A stretch of DNA of 64,000 nucleotides from an uncultured Eubacteriales bacterium (GTDB lineage Bacteria; Bacillota; Clostridia; Christensenellales; UBA1242). The position numbers and the translations under genes were made by a program. The stretch spans positions 18,402 through 82,401 of the forward strand of contig CABUZJ010000003.1 of NCBI GenBank assembly GCA_902496015.1, in the 5' to 3' direction. Shown piece after piece: positions 37,468 through 47,740 of this stretch; the first letter of the stretch is position 1; each line of letters starts with the position of its first letter. Below the pieces are notes generated by a model, which was not told the origin of the DNA, did not search any database, and saw only the letters and a list, made by a program, of their open reading frames with translations.

Positions 37468-37965
37468 TTAAAATATAATAATAGCAATAACTAGACCAAT
37501 TCCAATTGACAATTTATAGATTAAATTTGCATTTTTATTTTTATCAGTTAGAGCTAATTCTTTATAATTATTAAATTTTAATTTATAATTTTCAATGCTG
37601 TTTATTTGATTAAAGCTGTCAACTTCTCCTAACCTTAAAAGAAATGTTAATATGCTTTCACTTTGTTCATTAATTAAGTAGTCGGGTAATATTAATTTTT
37701 GTTTTATAGTTAAATCATCTAATCTTTTTATATATTTTAAGTCACTAAATTGTTTAATTATCAATTTAAATTGAGATTTCTTATTATCACAATATTTATT
37801 AAAAAGCAATGGCAGTTTATCTTGATTAAAATTTATGTTTATTTGAAGAAAAGAACAAAAATCAACTAATTCGTTAAAAAATTTGAATTTATTTATGTAT
37901 TTAGATGCATAAATACTGCCAGCAACACCACTTAAAATAACAATTCCAACACAAATTAAAATCAA
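37468..37965 (-). CDS. spoIIIAB: Stage III sporulation protein AB
   Basis: 165 aa with N- and C-terminal TM segments and the correct operon position after spoIIIAA. Confidence 0.75.
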   Translation of the reverse strand: MILICVGIVILSGVAGSIYASKYINKFKFFNELVDFCSFLQININFNQDKLPLLFNKYCDNKKSQFKLIIKQFSDLKYIKRLDDLTIKQKLILPDYLINEQSESILTFLLRLGEVDSFNQINSIENYKLKFNNYKELALTDKNKNANLIYKLSIGIGLVIAIIIF

Positions 37966-37986
37966 TTAATATCACCCCCTTTTAAG

Positions 37987-38898
37987 TTAATATGCTTGAT
38001 ATAATGGCTTTAAATTTTGATTTAAAATTGCTTCATAAGTTCCAGGGCCGTTCCTACTTGATAAAATTATAATTCGCTCAAAAATTTTTTCATTTAACAG
38101 AAAACTTACTTCATCTTTTTCCAGCACCGATTGCTGAGTTTCACCATGAATTGTTGCTATAACCTTTACACCTGAAAGAACAGCATTTTTTACTGCCAAA
38201 GCATCTTCTTTTGAAACTAATTCATCACAAATTACAACATCTGGTTTTAAAGTTCGAATACCTTGACAAAACGCATATTCCTTAGTTGTTCCACTAATAA
38301 CATCACAGGTCTGCCCCACATTTAATGTTGGTAGGCCATTGTAACAATTGGCAATTTCAAACCTTTCATCTGCAATTAGAACATTTAAAACCTTAGAATA
38401 AGTGGATAACCCGCATGCAATATCTCTTAAAAATGTAGTTTTCCCCGCACCTGGTGGAGAAATTATTAATGTATTTTTAACACCCCCATTAAGCATAAAA
38501 GTTAATGCTGTGTGTGCACAATTTTTTATTTCATGTGGTATTCTAATATTAAGCGAAGTAATGTTTTTTATTGTTTCAGTTTTATTTTTTTCATTTAAAA
38601 CATGCTCACCTGAAAGGCCTATCCTTATTCCATCTTTACATGTTATAAAGCCTTGTTTAATTTGATTATTAACTGCATATATGGAATTTTCTGTTGCAAC
38701 CGCTAAACAATGATTTATATCTTTTTGATTGCATTTCACAACTTCTCCATTTTTAATATTTTTAACAAAATAATTCTTTCCTCCAAAATTTACAACAATA
38801 GGTAAATTTAATCTAAGCCTTATTTCATAAATACTTGCAATATTAAATGTAGTAGAAATAATATTATAAATATCACTTTGCAATAAATCTTTAATCAT
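37987..38898 (-). CDS. spoIIIAA: Stage III sporulation protein AA (secretion-type ATPase)
   Basis: Walker A SPPGAGKTTFLRD and Walker B VVICDE. Start at ATG 38898, preceded by GGAGA; the track start at 38934 is a TTG. Confidence 0.88.
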   Translation of the reverse strand: MIKDLLQSDIYNIISTTFNIASIYEIRLRLNLPIVVNFGGKNYFVKNIKNGEVVKCNQKDINHCLAVATENSIYAVNNQIKQGFITCKDGIRIGLSGEHVLNEKNKTETIKNITSLNIRIPHEIKNCAHTALTFMLNGGVKNTLIISPPGAGKTTFLRDIACGLSTYSKVLNVLIADERFEIANCYNGLPTLNVGQTCDVISGTTKEYAFCQGIRTLKPDVVICDELVSKEDALAVKNAVLSGVKVIATIHGETQQSVLEKDEVSFLLNEKIFERIIILSSRNGPGTYEAILNQNLKPLYQAY

Positions 38899-39101
38899 AT
38901 AATTTCTCCATTTATTATTTAATTTTATTATCAATTAAATTTTAAAATGTAATTTCAAAAAAAATAGATTTGCAAAGTTTGCCACATTTTGCAATCTAAT
39001 AACATTATTTTGGTTTATTTTTATAATATGAATTAATCTTAACGCACAGAATAAATATCTTTGAAATTTAAAAACTAAACATGTAAACTCTATTAAATTA
39101 A

Positions 39102-39132
39102 AATAAAAAATAAGAAGCTATTTGCTTCTTAT
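39102..39132 (-). terminator. Intrinsic terminator after efp
   Basis: ataagaagc(39110-39118)/gcttcttat(39124-39132), with a U-run on the minus strand. Confidence 0.75.
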
Positions 39133-39151
39133 TATATTTTTAATTCTAATA

Positions 39152-39709
39152 TTATACTCTTGACATATAAGTGCCAGTTCTAGTATCTATTCTAATTTTA
39201 TCACCTTTATTTACAAATAGTGGAACTTGAAGCACTAAACCTGTTTCAAGAGTAGCTGGTTTGTTGCCAGCTTTACTAGTGTCACCTTGAATACCTGGTT
39301 CGCATTCTGTGATTGTAAGTTCAACAAAATTAGGTGGCTCAACACTAAAAGCTTCACCTTTATAAAATTGAACTGTTGCCTCCATATTTTCTGTTATAAA
39401 TTGCAATGCATCTTCAACTTGGTCATGATTTAATGGAACTTGTTCATAGGTTTGAGTATCCATAAAATAATATAAGTCACCATCTTGATAAAGGTAAGTC
39501 ATTTCTTTCTTTTCTATGTGTGCTTTTTCAAACTTTTCAACTGGGTTGAATGTTCTTTCTATAACTTGACCAGTTACAATATTTTTTAATTTAGTTCTAA
39601 CAAATGCTGCACCTTTACCAGGTTTAACATGAAGAAAATCTACTACAATGTAAATCTTACCTTCCATTTCAAATGTTACGCCTTTTCTTAAATCTCCTGC
39701 TGTAATCAT
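39152..39709 (-). CDS. efp: Elongation factor P
   Basis: 185 aa with [17 protein letters not shown] and [24 protein letters not shown]. Confidence 0.95.
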   Translation of the reverse strand: MITAGDLRKGVTFEMEGKIYIVVDFLHVKPGKGAAFVRTKLKNIVTGQVIERTFNPVEKFEKAHIEKKEMTYLYQDGDLYYFMDTQTYEQVPLNHDQVEDALQFITENMEATVQFYKGEAFSVEPPNFVELTITECEPGIQGDTSKAGNKPATLETGLVLQVPLFVNKGDKIRIDTRTGTYMSRV

Positions 39710-39784
39710 AATTCCTCCAATAATTTGCGTTTTTAATATTATAGCACATTTCTTTTTAAAATAAAAGTATTTATAATAAGTTTT

Positions 39785-40630
39785 TTATAATTTATTATAA
39801 TCATTAAACATTGAAAGAGCATCTAATGTTTGGTGTCCATGCGATTCACAAATAATCCTTCCTTTTATGCCACAATTTTTTAAAGCAATATTTAATAATT
39901 TATAATCTGGACCAAATTCCTCTGGACTATCGAAATTAATATGTTTTAACTCTCCTTTTTCTCCAAAACAAATTCTTGAAAAATGTCCATGAATAATATT
40001 CCCTCGCTCTCCAAGGACTTCTTTAAAAGTTTTAAAAATATTCTCAAAATCTTCCACCGTTTTTAAAGAACCAAGTGTAAATGCATTAACATGCCCAAAA
40101 TCAATGGTTGGAATAATTCGACTATCTATTGCACAAAAATCTGCAATTTCTTTGACAGTTCCAATTTGTCCATGCTTTCCCATGGTTTCAGGGCATAAAT
40201 AAATTCCAGTTCCTAAACCTTGTTCATCTAAAATTTTCATAAGTTCTTTAATTCTTGCTTTCGTGTTAGCAACTGCAACTTCTCTTGGTTGTTTTGTTAA
40301 ACTTCCAGGGTGAAAAACAAGTCTATCTGCCCCCATAATCTTCATAAGTTTTATTGATGAAATTATATAACCATAACTCTTTTCTGCTTGAATATCATCT
40401 GGCGTTGCAAAGTTAATATAATATGGTGCATGCACACTTAAACTAATTCCATATTTTTTAAATTCCTCACCTATTTGTTTTGCTTTCTCACTTCGCAAAT
40501 TTATTCCGTGAGTAAATGGATATTCAAAAGTTTTTAAGCCTAAATCACTTAATATTTTTGGTACTTTTAAAATATCTGCACCTTGCTCTTCCATATATTC
40601 ACATAAACCAGATGGCCCAAATTCTATCAT
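39785..40630 (-). CDS. TIM-barrel AP endonuclease family 2 / endonuclease IV-like protein
   Basis: The pattern VHAPYYINF, VFHPGS, CPETMG, IDFGHV, HGHFS, ICESHG resembles Nfo-type metal ligands. Confidence 0.6.
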   Translation of the reverse strand: MIEFGPSGLCEYMEEQGADILKVPKILSDLGLKTFEYPFTHGINLRSEKAKQIGEEFKKYGISLSVHAPYYINFATPDDIQAEKSYGYIISSIKLMKIMGADRLVFHPGSLTKQPREVAVANTKARIKELMKILDEQGLGTGIYLCPETMGKHGQIGTVKEIADFCAIDSRIIPTIDFGHVNAFTLGSLKTVEDFENIFKTFKEVLGERGNIIHGHFSRICFGEKGELKHINFDSPEEFGPDYKLLNIALKNCGIKGRIICESHGHQTLDALSMFNDYNKL

Positions 40631-40639
40631 ATTTTTCTC

Positions 40640-41497
40640 CTATTGTTCTAATAAAAAAGTTTTTACTTTAACAAAATGATTCACTACATCTGCAATGCCA
40701 TAAATTTCATTATTTGTGGCAACAAGCACAAGATTATCACAAAAATCAATGTTATCTAATTTTACCTTTTGCCCACAAATTAATTTATATTGCAATTCAC
40801 TATTTAAATTAAATTGTTTCAATCCTTTTAACACTTCTTTAATTGGTATAACTATGTCTTTTAAGTTTTCATTCAATTCGTCTAACTTATAAGCATTATT
40901 TATTTCAAATATACCTGATTTAATTCTAAATATTTTACTTGTTGTTGCAACTGTTTCCAAATTATAAGCAATGTCTCTTATTAAACTTCTAACATAAGTT
41001 CCCGCCGAACAATGAATTTCAAATTCCGCTTCATTGTTTTTAAAACTAATTAGTGATATATCAAAAATTTCAATTTGCTTAGGTTCAAGCGAAAAAGATT
41101 TTCCTTGTCTTGCAAGATCATAAGCCCTAACACCATTAACATTTTTTGCTGAATAAATTGGAGGCATTTGAAATTGTTTTCCTTTAAATTTAGGTAAAAT
41201 CTTTAAAATTTCAGCCTTTGTTGGCACTTTTTTATTTTCTTTAATAATTTGTCCGCTTAAATCTAAGGTGTCTGTTTCAAAGCCAAATTTTGCCTTTGCA
41301 ATATAAATTTTATCTTTATTTAAAAAATAATCAAATAACTTTGTTGCTTTACCAATGGCAATAGGTAAAACCCCACTCGCTAATGGGTCTAGTGTTCCTA
41401 AATGCCCTGCTTTTTCATGTGTAAGGTGTTTTATTATTGAAACAACTTTTGCTGATGTTACATTTTCATCTTTATAAACATTAATAAATCCATTCAT
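40640..41497 (-). CDS. truB: tRNA pseudouridine-55 synthase TruB
   Basis: GHLGTLDPLASGVLPIAIGKATK, IYSAKNVNGVRAYDLAR and GTYVRSL. Confidence 0.92.
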   Translation of the reverse strand: MNGFINVYKDENVTSAKVVSIIKHLTHEKAGHLGTLDPLASGVLPIAIGKATKLFDYFLNKDKIYIAKAKFGFETDTLDLSGQIIKENKKVPTKAEILKILPKFKGKQFQMPPIYSAKNVNGVRAYDLARQGKSFSLEPKQIEIFDISLISFKNNEAEFEIHCSAGTYVRSLIRDIAYNLETVATTSKIFRIKSGIFEINNAYKLDELNENLKDIVIPIKEVLKGLKQFNLNSELQYKLICGQKVKLDNIDFCDNLVLVATNNEIYGIADVVNHFVKVKTFLLEQ

Positions 41498-42441
41498 TAT
41501 AATTTTACCACTTCTTTAATGCTATTTATAACATTTTCAAGTTTATCATAAATTCTACAACCCGAAGCTTTAATGTGTCCGCCACCACCAAAGTGTGTTG
41601 CAAATTCTGAAACATCAATTTCACATTTAGAGCGAAACGATACAAAACAAACATTAGGTTCTGCTTCGGTTATTACCACCACAATTTCTACAGGTTTTAA
41701 GTTATAAGTAATTTCTATTATAGACTTTGTATCTTCAATTCCAACACCACAACTTTTTAAATCAGTAAAAGATAAAGCTGTAATTGCTAATTTATTGTTA
41801 TATAAAAATTCAACTTTAGAATATGCTAACTTTTTTAATTTAAATATCTCTAAACTATTACTTGCAAACAACATATTAGTGAAGTAATTTATATTTCTAT
41901 TTGAAATATCTAATAATGTTGCAACTTTGCGAAATGTTGAAGATGATGTAGAATCATAAGATAAATTTCCAGTATCAGTTAAAATTCCAACTATTAAATA
42001 AGTAGCAACATCACAACTTATTTCAAGTTTGCTTTCGCTTAAAATATCGTAAACCAATTCACAAGTTGAAGAATAACCTGGCTTTACAATATTAATATGT
42101 CCAAAGTTTGTATTGTCTTGATGATGGTCAATGTTTATTATTTTTTTAAATTTTTTTAAAGTAAACTTTTTTCTTCCTATTCTATCCTTATCATTACAAT
42201 CAACAACAATAGCCAAATCACCATTCAAAACACAATCTTTATTAATGTTTTCAATGCCTCTTATCTTCTGCACATGACCTGGTAAAACACTATCAATAAA
42301 AACACCAACTTGTTTATTTAAAGATTTAATAAAAGCGAAAAGTGCAAGAGCAGAACCCACACCATCGCCATCTACATTAATGTGCGAAAATATAGTTATT
42401 CTGTTTGCACTTTCTAATTCTTTAATAAAATCAATATACAT
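41497..42441 (-). CDS. nrnA: DHH/DHHA1 phosphoesterase (NrnA-type oligoribonuclease/pAp phosphatase)
   Basis: HINVDGDGVGS, NIDHHQDN and GGGGHIKASG motifs. Confidence 0.85.
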   Translation of the reverse strand: MYIDFIKELESANRITIFSHINVDGDGVGSALALFAFIKSLNKQVGVFIDSVLPGHVQKIRGIENINKDCVLNGDLAIVVDCNDKDRIGRKKFTLKKFKKIINIDHHQDNTNFGHINIVKPGYSSTCELVYDILSESKLEISCDVATYLIVGILTDTGNLSYDSTSSSTFRKVATLLDISNRNINYFTNMLFASNSLEIFKLKKLAYSKVEFLYNNKLAITALSFTDLKSCGVGIEDTKSIIEITYNLKPVEIVVVITEAEPNVCFVSFRSKCEIDVSEFATHFGGGGHIKASGCRIYDKLENVINSIKEVVKL

Positions 42442-42801
42442 TTAATTCCCCTTATTAATTTGTTTTATTAACCTATTAATATTCTCGCTATATTCTTGTG
42501 AATTATCTTCAATAAAAACGAGTTCTGGAACAGTGCGTAAATCTATATCGTGTGCTAATTCACGACGAATAAATCCCTTTGCATTGTCTAAAATTGCCAT
42601 TATTCTTTCATGTAACTGGTCGTTACCTAAAACACTAATATAAATCTTAGAAACAAATAAATCTGCTGCAGTGTCTACCTTAGTAACGCTAATTATAACA
42701 TTTTCAAGTTCGGGGTTGTTTAAAGTATTATTTATTATATTGCTAATACTTCTTTGAATTTCGGCATTAATTCTTGCTATTCTTACATTATTTGCCATCA
42801 A
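42442..42801 (-). CDS. rbfA: Ribosome-binding factor A
   Basis: 119 aa with RIARINAEIQRSISNII and RTVPELVFIED. Confidence 0.9.
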   Translation of the reverse strand: MMANNVRIARINAEIQRSISNIINNTLNNPELENVIISVTKVDTAADLFVSKIYISVLGNDQLHERIMAILDNAKGFIRRELAHDIDLRTVPELVFIEDNSQEYSENINRLIKQINKGN

Positions 42802-42812
42802 AACTTCTCTCC

Positions 42813-45332
42813 TTATATTCTTTCAAGTGTATATGCCTCAATTATATCTCCAACTTCAAGAGCAGTAAAATTATCAAAGGTAACACCAAAATCAAACCCA
42901 GCAAGAGCCTCTTTAACTTCGTTTTTCTCTCTTTGTAATGTGTTAACATTACCATCAAAAATAGTTTTATTTTTTCTAATAATTCTTGCTTTACTTGTTT
43001 TTGTTATTTTACCATCTATCATGTGAGAACCTGCAATAACACCAACTTTGCTTGCTTTAAATAATTGTCTAATTTCTGCATGCCCTGTTACCACTTCCTG
43101 ATATTTAGGTGTTTTTAATGCCTCAATTGCATTTGTCACAAAGTCTATTGCTTCATAAATTATTTTATAGAATTTAATTTCAACTTTATACTTTTCAGCA
43201 AGAAGTTTTGCCTTAAAATCTGGCTTAACATTAAATCCAATAATTAGGGCATTAGATGCTTGTGCAAGCATAACATCATTTTCATTAATTGCACCAACAC
43301 CACCATGAATACACCTAACTTTAACTTCATCATTTGCAATTGCTGAAAGAGTTTGTTTTAAAGCTTCAACCGAACCCGCAACATCACCTTTTATTATAAC
43401 ATTGTAATCTTTAAAGTTGCTTTCAGTAATTTTGTTCATTAGTGAATCAACTGAAATATCGGCTTTTTTAATCAAGCCCATTCTTTCTTTTTCAATTCTT
43501 TCAGCTAAAACTTGTTTGCTTAATTTTTCATCTACAACATAAATAGAATCACCAGCATTTGGCACACCAGTTAATCCTAAAATTGAAACAGGAATTGATG
43601 GACCTGCTTGCTTAACATGTTCACCTTTATCGTTAATCATTGCTCTAACTTTTCCTGAACATGTACCTGCTAAAACATAGTCCCCAACTTTTAGTGTTCC
43701 ATTTTGAACAAGCACTGTTGCAACAGAACCCATGCCTTTATCAAGTCTTGACTCTATAATCGAACCACTTGCTTGCCTTTTTGGGTTTGCCTTTAAATTC
43801 AAATATTCTGCAACAAACAAAATCATTTCTAAAAGTTTATCAATATTTTCACCAGTTTTTGCGGAAATAGGAATCATTATTGCATCTCCACCCCATTCTT
43901 CTGGCACAACATCATATTCTGTTAGTTGTTGTTTAATTCTATCAACATTAGCAGTTGGCACATCAATTTTATTAATTGCAACAACCATTGGAACTTTGGC
44001 TTCTTTTATGTATTTAATTGCTTCAATAGTTTGTGGCATAACTCCATCATCTGCAGCAACAACTAAAATCGCAATATCTGTTAAATTTGCTCCCCTTTTA
44101 CGCATTTCAGTAAATGCTGCATGACCTGGCGTGTCAATAAAAGTTATTATATCTTTACCCACATTAATTGTGTAAGCACCAATATGTTGCGTTATACCAC
44201 CTGCCTCACCCGCAGAAACATTAGTTCTTCTAATTCTATCTAGTAATGATGTTTTGCCATGGTCTACATGTCCCATAACTGTTATAACAGGTGGACGCTT
44301 AACCAAGTCTTTTTCATCTTCTGTTTGGCTGTTATGCAATTCTGCCATTTGCTCTTCAAAAGTTTTTTCGTGTTTCTTTTCAAGGGTTACACCTAATTCA
44401 TTTGCTATTAATTCAGCACTATCAAAATCAATATTACTATTAATATTAACAATCATGCCAAGCATTAAAAATTTGCTCATTATTTCTGTAACAGGTCTTC
44501 CAATTTTTTCCGCTAATAGCTTAACTGTTAAATTATCAGTAGTTATAACAGCATGGTCAATTTTAGGTGCTACAACTCTTGGTTGTTCTTTAACCTTTTT
44601 AGTTTTTCTTTTACCGCCCACATTATAATCATCATCTATAAGTGATGCATCTTCAACATAACCACGCATAACCAAAGCTTTTTTGTTCATCGACTTTTTG
44701 TCTTCGCTATGTTCAAATGTCTTCTTTTTAGTCGTGTGATTAATATCTTTTTTAATTAAAGTAGATGCATCATAAGTTTCAACAGGTTTTATTCTTAATG
44801 AATTACCAGTTTTGTTAAATGATGCTTTACCATTGTTATTTCGTTGGCCATTCGTTAAATTACCATTATTTTTAGGCACAAATTTTCCATTTTGTGATTT
44901 ATCAAACTGTGGCTTCCCTTGGTTTTTATAATTTGAATTGTATTCTTTATTTTGTTTAAAATTATTATTTTGCTGTTTATCTGCAAACACTCTAGTTTGG
45001 GTTTGAGGTTTATTTTGAACTGGATTAGGCTTAGATTGCACAGAACTTGGCTTAGGTTTTTCTTCAACTTTTTTATTTTCTACGACTTCTAAAACCTCTG
45101 TTGTTTTACTAACAGTTTGCTTTTGTTTTAATTTATCTGCTTCTTTTGCTCTAAGTTCATTTGCTTGTGCATGCAAAGAAGAAAGCATTTGTTCAAGCTT
45201 TGCACGAGTTTTCTTTGTGTTAGCCATAAGTTGACTAACAGTATTATTTTTTAAGCTTTCTTGCACTATTTTAATATTTGCAAGTGACATTTTTTCTTTG
45301 TTTTCAATATTACTCAACAGTAATCCCTCCAA
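42813..45332 (-). CDS. infB: Translation initiation factor IF-2 (start uncertain; TTG 45317 behind GGAGGG is plausible)
   Basis: GTPase motifs GHVDHGKTSLLD, DTPGH and NKID. Q/N/K-rich N-terminal region and the C-terminal IF-2 domains. Confidence 0.93.
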   Translation of the reverse strand: MEGLLLSNIENKEKMSLANIKIVQESLKNNTVSQLMANTKKTRAKLEQMLSSLHAQANELRAKEADKLKQKQTVSKTTEVLEVVENKKVEEKPKPSSVQSKPNPVQNKPQTQTRVFADKQQNNNFKQNKEYNSNYKNQGKPQFDKSQNGKFVPKNNGNLTNGQRNNNGKASFNKTGNSLRIKPVETYDASTLIKKDINHTTKKKTFEHSEDKKSMNKKALVMRGYVEDASLIDDDYNVGGKRKTKKVKEQPRVVAPKIDHAVITTDNLTVKLLAEKIGRPVTEIMSKFLMLGMIVNINSNIDFDSAELIANELGVTLEKKHEKTFEEQMAELHNSQTEDEKDLVKRPPVITVMGHVDHGKTSLLDRIRRTNVSAGEAGGITQHIGAYTINVGKDIITFIDTPGHAAFTEMRKRGANLTDIAILVVAADDGVMPQTIEAIKYIKEAKVPMVVAINKIDVPTANVDRIKQQLTEYDVVPEEWGGDAIMIPISAKTGENIDKLLEMILFVAEYLNLKANPKRQASGSIIESRLDKGMGSVATVLVQNGTLKVGDYVLAGTCSGKVRAMINDKGEHVKQAGPSIPVSILGLTGVPNAGDSIYVVDEKLSKQVLAERIEKERMGLIKKADISVDSLMNKITESNFKDYNVIIKGDVAGSVEALKQTLSAIANDEVKVRCIHGGVGAINENDVMLAQASNALIIGFNVKPDFKAKLLAEKYKVEIKFYKIIYEAIDFVTNAIEALKTPKYQEVVTGHAEIRQLFKASKVGVIAGSHMIDGKITKTSKARIIRKNKTIFDGNVNTLQREKNEVKEALAGFDFGVTFDNFTALEVGDIIEAYTLERI

Positions 45333-45624
45333 GTAAACCTTTTAACCTTAAAATTTCTATGCAAGCATTTGCTAAATTCTTATTGCAAATTGCAAGCACT
45401 TTTATATCTTTATCAACAAACGCATCAAATACTTCATTAAGCATAACAATAAGCACATCATGCAATTTTGTTTTAATTTTATTAAGTGAATTATTTGCAA
45501 GTGATTCATGATAAATAATCAAATATGGCTTAGTTTTTAAGATTTTATCAACTCCAAAAACACAATCTCCGCTTTTTATTGCAAAATTTATATATGTATT
45601 AATTTTGCTTATTTCTTTCTTCAT
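45310..45624 (-). CDS. ylxQ: L7Ae-family RNA-binding protein (YlxQ-like)
   Basis: 104 aa lying between ylxR and infB, with INFAIKSGDCVFG. Confidence 0.75.
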   Translation of the reverse strand: MKKEISKINTYINFAIKSGDCVFGVDKILKTKPYLIIYHESLANNSLNKIKTKLHDVLIVMLNEVFDAFVDKDIKVLAICNKNLANACIEILRLKGLLGGITVE

Positions 45625-45877
45625 ATTCTTCCTTTAATTTTTCATAAACACTTGAATCAATGTTTTGTGCAAATGCCCTATTAAGTGCATGCGTTTTAAT
45701 ACATTTTAAAACACAATCTTTATTATTGCAAACATAAGCACCTCTACCTTGGGCTTTGCCAGTTGTGTCTAAAATAATATTGCCGTCGGCACTACGCACA
45801 AATCTAATTAATTCATTTTTATCTTTCATTTCCCTACATGCCAAACACATGCGTTGTGGTTTCTTATCTTTATTCAT
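45599..45877 (-). CDS. ylxR: YlxR-family RNA-binding protein (DUF448)
   Basis: PQRMCLACREMKDKNELIRFV and GRGAYVC. Confidence 0.88.
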   Translation of the reverse strand: MNKDKKPQRMCLACREMKDKNELIRFVRSADGNIILDTTGKAQGRGAYVCNNKDCVLKCIKTHALNRAFAQNIDSSVYEKLKEEYEERNKQN

Positions 45878-45886
45878 ACCTATTCC

Positions 45887-47014
45887 TTAATCATCAAGGT
45901 CTATAAACAATGAACTAGCATCATTAACATCAGTTGAAATTTGATTTGCATTTGCCAGTTCACTTTCTTGTTTAGCATTAGCACTTTCACTTTTAACATC
46001 AATTTTCCAATTAGTCAATTTTGCTGCAAGCCTAACATTTTGCCCATTTTTACCAATTGCAAGAGAAAGTTTATCGTCTGGAACAACAACTTTAGAAGTT
46101 TTTAAAACCTCATCAATTTCAACACTAATTACTTTTGCTGGGCTTAAAGCACGAGCTATATATTCAAATGGGTCACTTGACCAAATAATTATATCTACCT
46201 TTTCGCCATTTAACTCGTTAACCACAGCGTTTACCCTAACCCCACGATTACCAACACAAGCACCTAATGCATCAACATTAGGGTCATTACTGAAAATAGC
46301 AATTTTAGTTCTATACCCTGCTTCACGAACAATGTTTTTAATCTCAACAACACCCGATGTTATTTCTGGAACTTCTGCTTCAAATAATTTACGAACAAAT
46401 GCAGGAACACTTCTTGAAACAATGGCTTGCACACCCCTTGCCGTTTCTCTTAATTTCTTAATGTAAACTTTAATTCTAGCACCAGGAATATATTTTTCTT
46501 GAGGAATTTGGTCACTTTCCATCATAACACCTTCAATAGTAGTGCCTGATAACTCAATGTAAACTATATTATTATCTACTCTTCTAATAATTCCATTGAT
46601 TAAAGTATCAACTTTATCTTCTAGTTCGCCATAAGCCAAACTTCTTTCTGCTTCTCTTAGTTTTTGAATAATAACTTGTTTTGCAGTTCCTGCCGCAATT
46701 CTACCAAAATCTTTTGGTGTTATCTCTTCACTAATAGTGTCGCCAACTTTATAACCCTTTTTAATTTCTTGAGCATCTTCAAGTGAAATTTGTGTGTCTG
46801 GGTCAGTCACTTCATCTACCACTGTTTTATAAGCAATAACTTTAATTGTATTTTTTTCAGGATTAAGCTTAACTTCCACGCTTCTTGCTTCCCCAAAATT
46901 CTTCTTATATGCCGCAACCAACGCAGTTTCAAGAGTTTCAATAAAAAACTCTTTTTTAATTCCTTTTTGTGCTTCTAACTCTTCTAGTGCTAGAAAAAAA
47001 TCTTTATTTGTCAC
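45887..47014 (-). CDS. nusA: Transcription termination/antitermination factor NusA
   Basis: N-terminal, S1 and KH-KH sequence (GACVGNRGVRVNAVVNELNGEKVDII, LSLAIGKNGQNVRLAAKLTNWKIDV). GTG start behind AAGGAG. Confidence 0.93.
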   Translation of the reverse strand: MTNKDFFLALEELEAQKGIKKEFFIETLETALVAAYKKNFGEARSVEVKLNPEKNTIKVIAYKTVVDEVTDPDTQISLEDAQEIKKGYKVGDTISEEITPKDFGRIAAGTAKQVIIQKLREAERSLAYGELEDKVDTLINGIIRRVDNNIVYIELSGTTIEGVMMESDQIPQEKYIPGARIKVYIKKLRETARGVQAIVSRSVPAFVRKLFEAEVPEITSGVVEIKNIVREAGYRTKIAIFSNDPNVDALGACVGNRGVRVNAVVNELNGEKVDIIIWSSDPFEYIARALSPAKVISVEIDEVLKTSKVVVPDDKLSLAIGKNGQNVRLAAKLTNWKIDVKSESANAKQESELANANQISTDVNDASSLFIDLDD

Positions 47015-47025
47015 CTTTCTTCTCC

Positions 47026-47487
47026 TTAAAATTCTATATATTTATTTAGTTTTGAAATATTATTTCGAGCAATTTTAAACTCTTTGCCATTGTCTTTAAG
47101 TGTTATATCGTTTTCATCAAAATTAGTTAAAATACCTTCAAAATGCTTTTTGTTACCAATCTTAGTAAAAGTACTCGCTTCTAATTTTTCATTTAAATTA
47201 CGATTTAAGTCTGCATCTGTTTTAATAGGTCTATCTAATCCCGGCGAACTAACATTTAAAATATAATGCTCTCCTGCGGTTGGATCTAATTCATCTAATG
47301 GTGCATCTATTGCTTCGTGCACTCGAACACAATCATCAAGGCTAACACCACCAGTTTTATCAATAAACACCGTTAAATTATTACCATCATTTTTCTTAGA
47401 AAAATCTACTTCAACAATTTCATAACCTAAATTTTCAATAATAGGTTTTAAAAATTCTTGAACTGTATTGCTAACAGATTTACTCAT
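47026..47487 (-). CDS. rimP: Ribosome maturation factor RimP
   Basis: 153 aa with GYEIVEVDF and LNVSSPGLDRPIKT. Confidence 0.9.
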   Translation of the reverse strand: MSKSVSNTVQEFLKPIIENLGYEIVEVDFSKKNDGNNLTVFIDKTGGVSLDDCVRVHEAIDAPLDELDPTAGEHYILNVSSPGLDRPIKTDADLNRNLNEKLEASTFTKIGNKKHFEGILTNFDENDITLKDNGKEFKIARNNISKLNKYIEF

Positions 47488-47501
47488 GAATTTCTCCTAT
47501 C

Positions 47502-47556
47502 TATGCTTATCCCAAAAATTTAGGAGAGACGGCTGTCTCTCCCAAAGATAAGCATA
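47502..47556 (-). promoter_or_regulatory. Structured leader hairpin / candidate attenuator of the rimP-nusA-infB operon
   Basis: Outer 10-bp stem tatgcttatc/gataagcata enclosing an 8 to 9-bp GC-rich stem GGGAGAGAC-AGCC-GTCTCTCC, followed on the minus strand by TAAATTTTT. Confidence 0.5.
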
Positions 47557-47567
47557 ATTACAATTAT

Positions 47568-47596
47568 AGTATAACTTAATTATAACCATTTTGCAA
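47568..47596 (-). promoter_or_regulatory. Putative sigma-A promoter of the rimP operon
   Basis: Minus strand TTGCAA-17 nt-TATACT. The leader hairpin begins about 12 nt downstream. Confidence 0.5.
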
Positions 47597-47740
47597 GTAT
47601 TTTAAAAATATTTTTGAATATTTTATTTCCAAATTATTTCCCCTTACACAGTCGTTCAGCATATACCACTTACCATAATCTATAAACATTTTTAATTTAC
47701 ATTTCATGTTACATTAATTGCAAAACTTTTAGCATTATAT

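Noticed and set aside
38970-38994. The inverted repeat TTGCAAA-N11-TTTGCAA just upstream of spoIIIAA, considered as a regulatory operator.
   Set aside because: It has short AT-rich arms with a long loop and occurs only once. I could not find a convincing sigma-E-type promoter around it to give it context.
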